Origin: the human T2T-CHM13v2.0 reference genome, Homo sapiens
Assembly: GCF_009914755.1 (NCBI RefSeq)
Contig: NC_060925.1
Strand: one strand, 5' to 3'
DNA length: 64,000 nt
Shown piece after piece: positions 61,617-64,000 of the stretch. The notes beneath the pieces are model-generated. The model was given only the letters and a program-made list of their open reading frames with translations. It was not told the DNA's origin and searched no databases. Both the position numbers and the translations under genes were made by a program. Position 1 is the stretch's first letter, and each line of letters opens with the position of its first letter.

Positions 61617-62726
61617 TGATGCCTGGCTGCTCTCCTACCATGCCAACCCAAGAGGGGTTAAGCTTACCCAAGGTGTAAGGAAGATAGGAGGTTGCATCAG
61701 TCATAATAGATTAGGTTTGCTATGACAATCAACAATCTACAAATTTCAGCAGCTCAGCACATAAAAGATTATTTCCTATTCATACCAAGGCTGATAAGGA
61801 AGTGTTCTGCTTTCTCTAGTCATTTAAGGGCTTACATGACAGATGTCTGTTAACTGGAATGTTGCTGGCCACTTTGTCATGGGAAGAGTGAGGGATTAGA
61901 GAACCACAGAGGGTCTTTCACTGCCTCAGCCAGGGAGTGACACACATCACTTCTGCTAACATTTTGTTAGCTAGCTACATAGCCTAGATTAATTACAAAG
62001 GAGCCAGGAAGTGTAGCTTTCCATATGCTCAGGAAGGGAAAGAGAACTGGGTATTGGTGAGTATCAGAAATGGCTACTACCTAAGCCAATAGTCACTTTG
62101 TTTAGAGAGCCTTTTCTGACCAACACTCCTCAGTTTCCAGACTAGGTATGATGTTGCTTTGTTGTGCTTCCCTAGTCCCTTTAAATCTGTTTCTGTATTA
62201 GTTAATATACATTATTTTACTGCTTATTTATGTTCCTGCCTTATTACATCTCCTCTCTGCCTAAAACACCCTTGCTCCTATACTTCACCTGGCTAACTTT
62301 GACTTACCCTATAGATGTCAGTTCAAATTACTTCCAATAGTCATGAGGAAAAATACAAACTGAATTCCTAGTCCCATAGTTCTTCTTTTAAAAAATTATT
62401 CACTAAAGAACTAGGGCTCCTTGTAAGGTATATAGTACCAGATCTTAGGAGAGGACAAAGCAAGAAGTGCCTGATACATCTCATTGCTGTCAAACACTAA
62501 AGATGTTTTTGGAAATGCCTAATTAAGTGTTAAAAATAAGACAGTACAGCCTAGAGAGAATAGTCACTGGGCAAAAGGTAACAAATTTGGCATTAAAAAT
62601 GATCACAATAATTGGAAGATATTCAATCTGTTTTTGTTTTTTGTAGAGACAGGATCTTGCTATGTTGCCCAGACTGGTCTTAAACTCCTAGGCTCGAACA
62701 ATATTCAGTTTGTTAAAGAAGCTATG

Positions 62727-63116
<390 letters not shown>

Positions 63117-63270
63117 TTAATAAATAGGTATTGAATAAATGAATGAATGAGTTGTCTTTTGATACAAATGGAAAAATGGTAATTTACACAAAATTGTATA
63201 TGAAATAAATAGTTACAACTTGGGGAATATGTTTGCCCATTGTGTAAAAATACACATAATAAGAATTTTA

Positions 63271-63585
<315 letters not shown>

Positions 63586-64000
63586 TCAGACATAATAAAA
63601 ATGGATTTGAGCTACAACAGAGACATTTTTATAATCAAAGAAGAAATTTCTGTCTCTACCCATCGTTAAACTCTAGAGTGAGCTTATTGACTAATTTTTC
63701 TGGGGAACCTTTTGTTCCACCTTGTTTGTGTATGTACAATTCTGCCTGAAAACAGGAGAATACAGTGGAACTGAAACTCCTTCAGGCATATGATTCTCCA
63801 AGATGGTTATTTTGAGGCAGTTATAGATATGCATATACTATGTTAGAATCAATTTAGTGGAAACCTGGGTGAGCTTTGTGAATGAACATTTTGTAGGTAA
63901 AATATAATTGCATCAATGTGCAGTTGCACCAGAGATAGGTTCTATAATCATGGGCACCTGGGAAACTTTCAACTGTATATATGGAATTAGCACTAACCCA

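Overview
This is primate (very likely human) genomic DNA, not prokaryotic. Bases 587-~29150 hold the last 13 coding exons and the 3' UTR of CACHD1 on the + strand. CACHD1 is a VWA/dCache-domain, alpha2delta-like type I membrane protein. Spliced by hand at GT-AG junctions, the exons give one open frame of 1731 nt (576 aa plus TAA). It covers the Cache region, a Cys-rich stalk, one TM helix and a His-rich tail ending DAEC. The remaining ~35 kb is intergenic and dominated by repeats (Alu, L1, L2, MIR, MaLR/ERV LTRs). I see no new gene cluster or CRISPR-like system. The most unusual signals are small traces of how the DNA was rearranged: (1) a 72-bp inverted copy of a neighbouring Alu pasted into another Alu; (2) a tailless, TSD-flanked 5S rRNA fragment covering most of the TFIIIA internal control region; (3) a TSD-flanked composite retro-insertion carrying non-Alu sequence; (4) an AluYd whose TSD probably supplies an exon's branch point. 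Several testable CACHD1 isoform hypotheses also follow. Repeat subfamily names come from memory of consensus sequences, and repeat boundaries are approximate.
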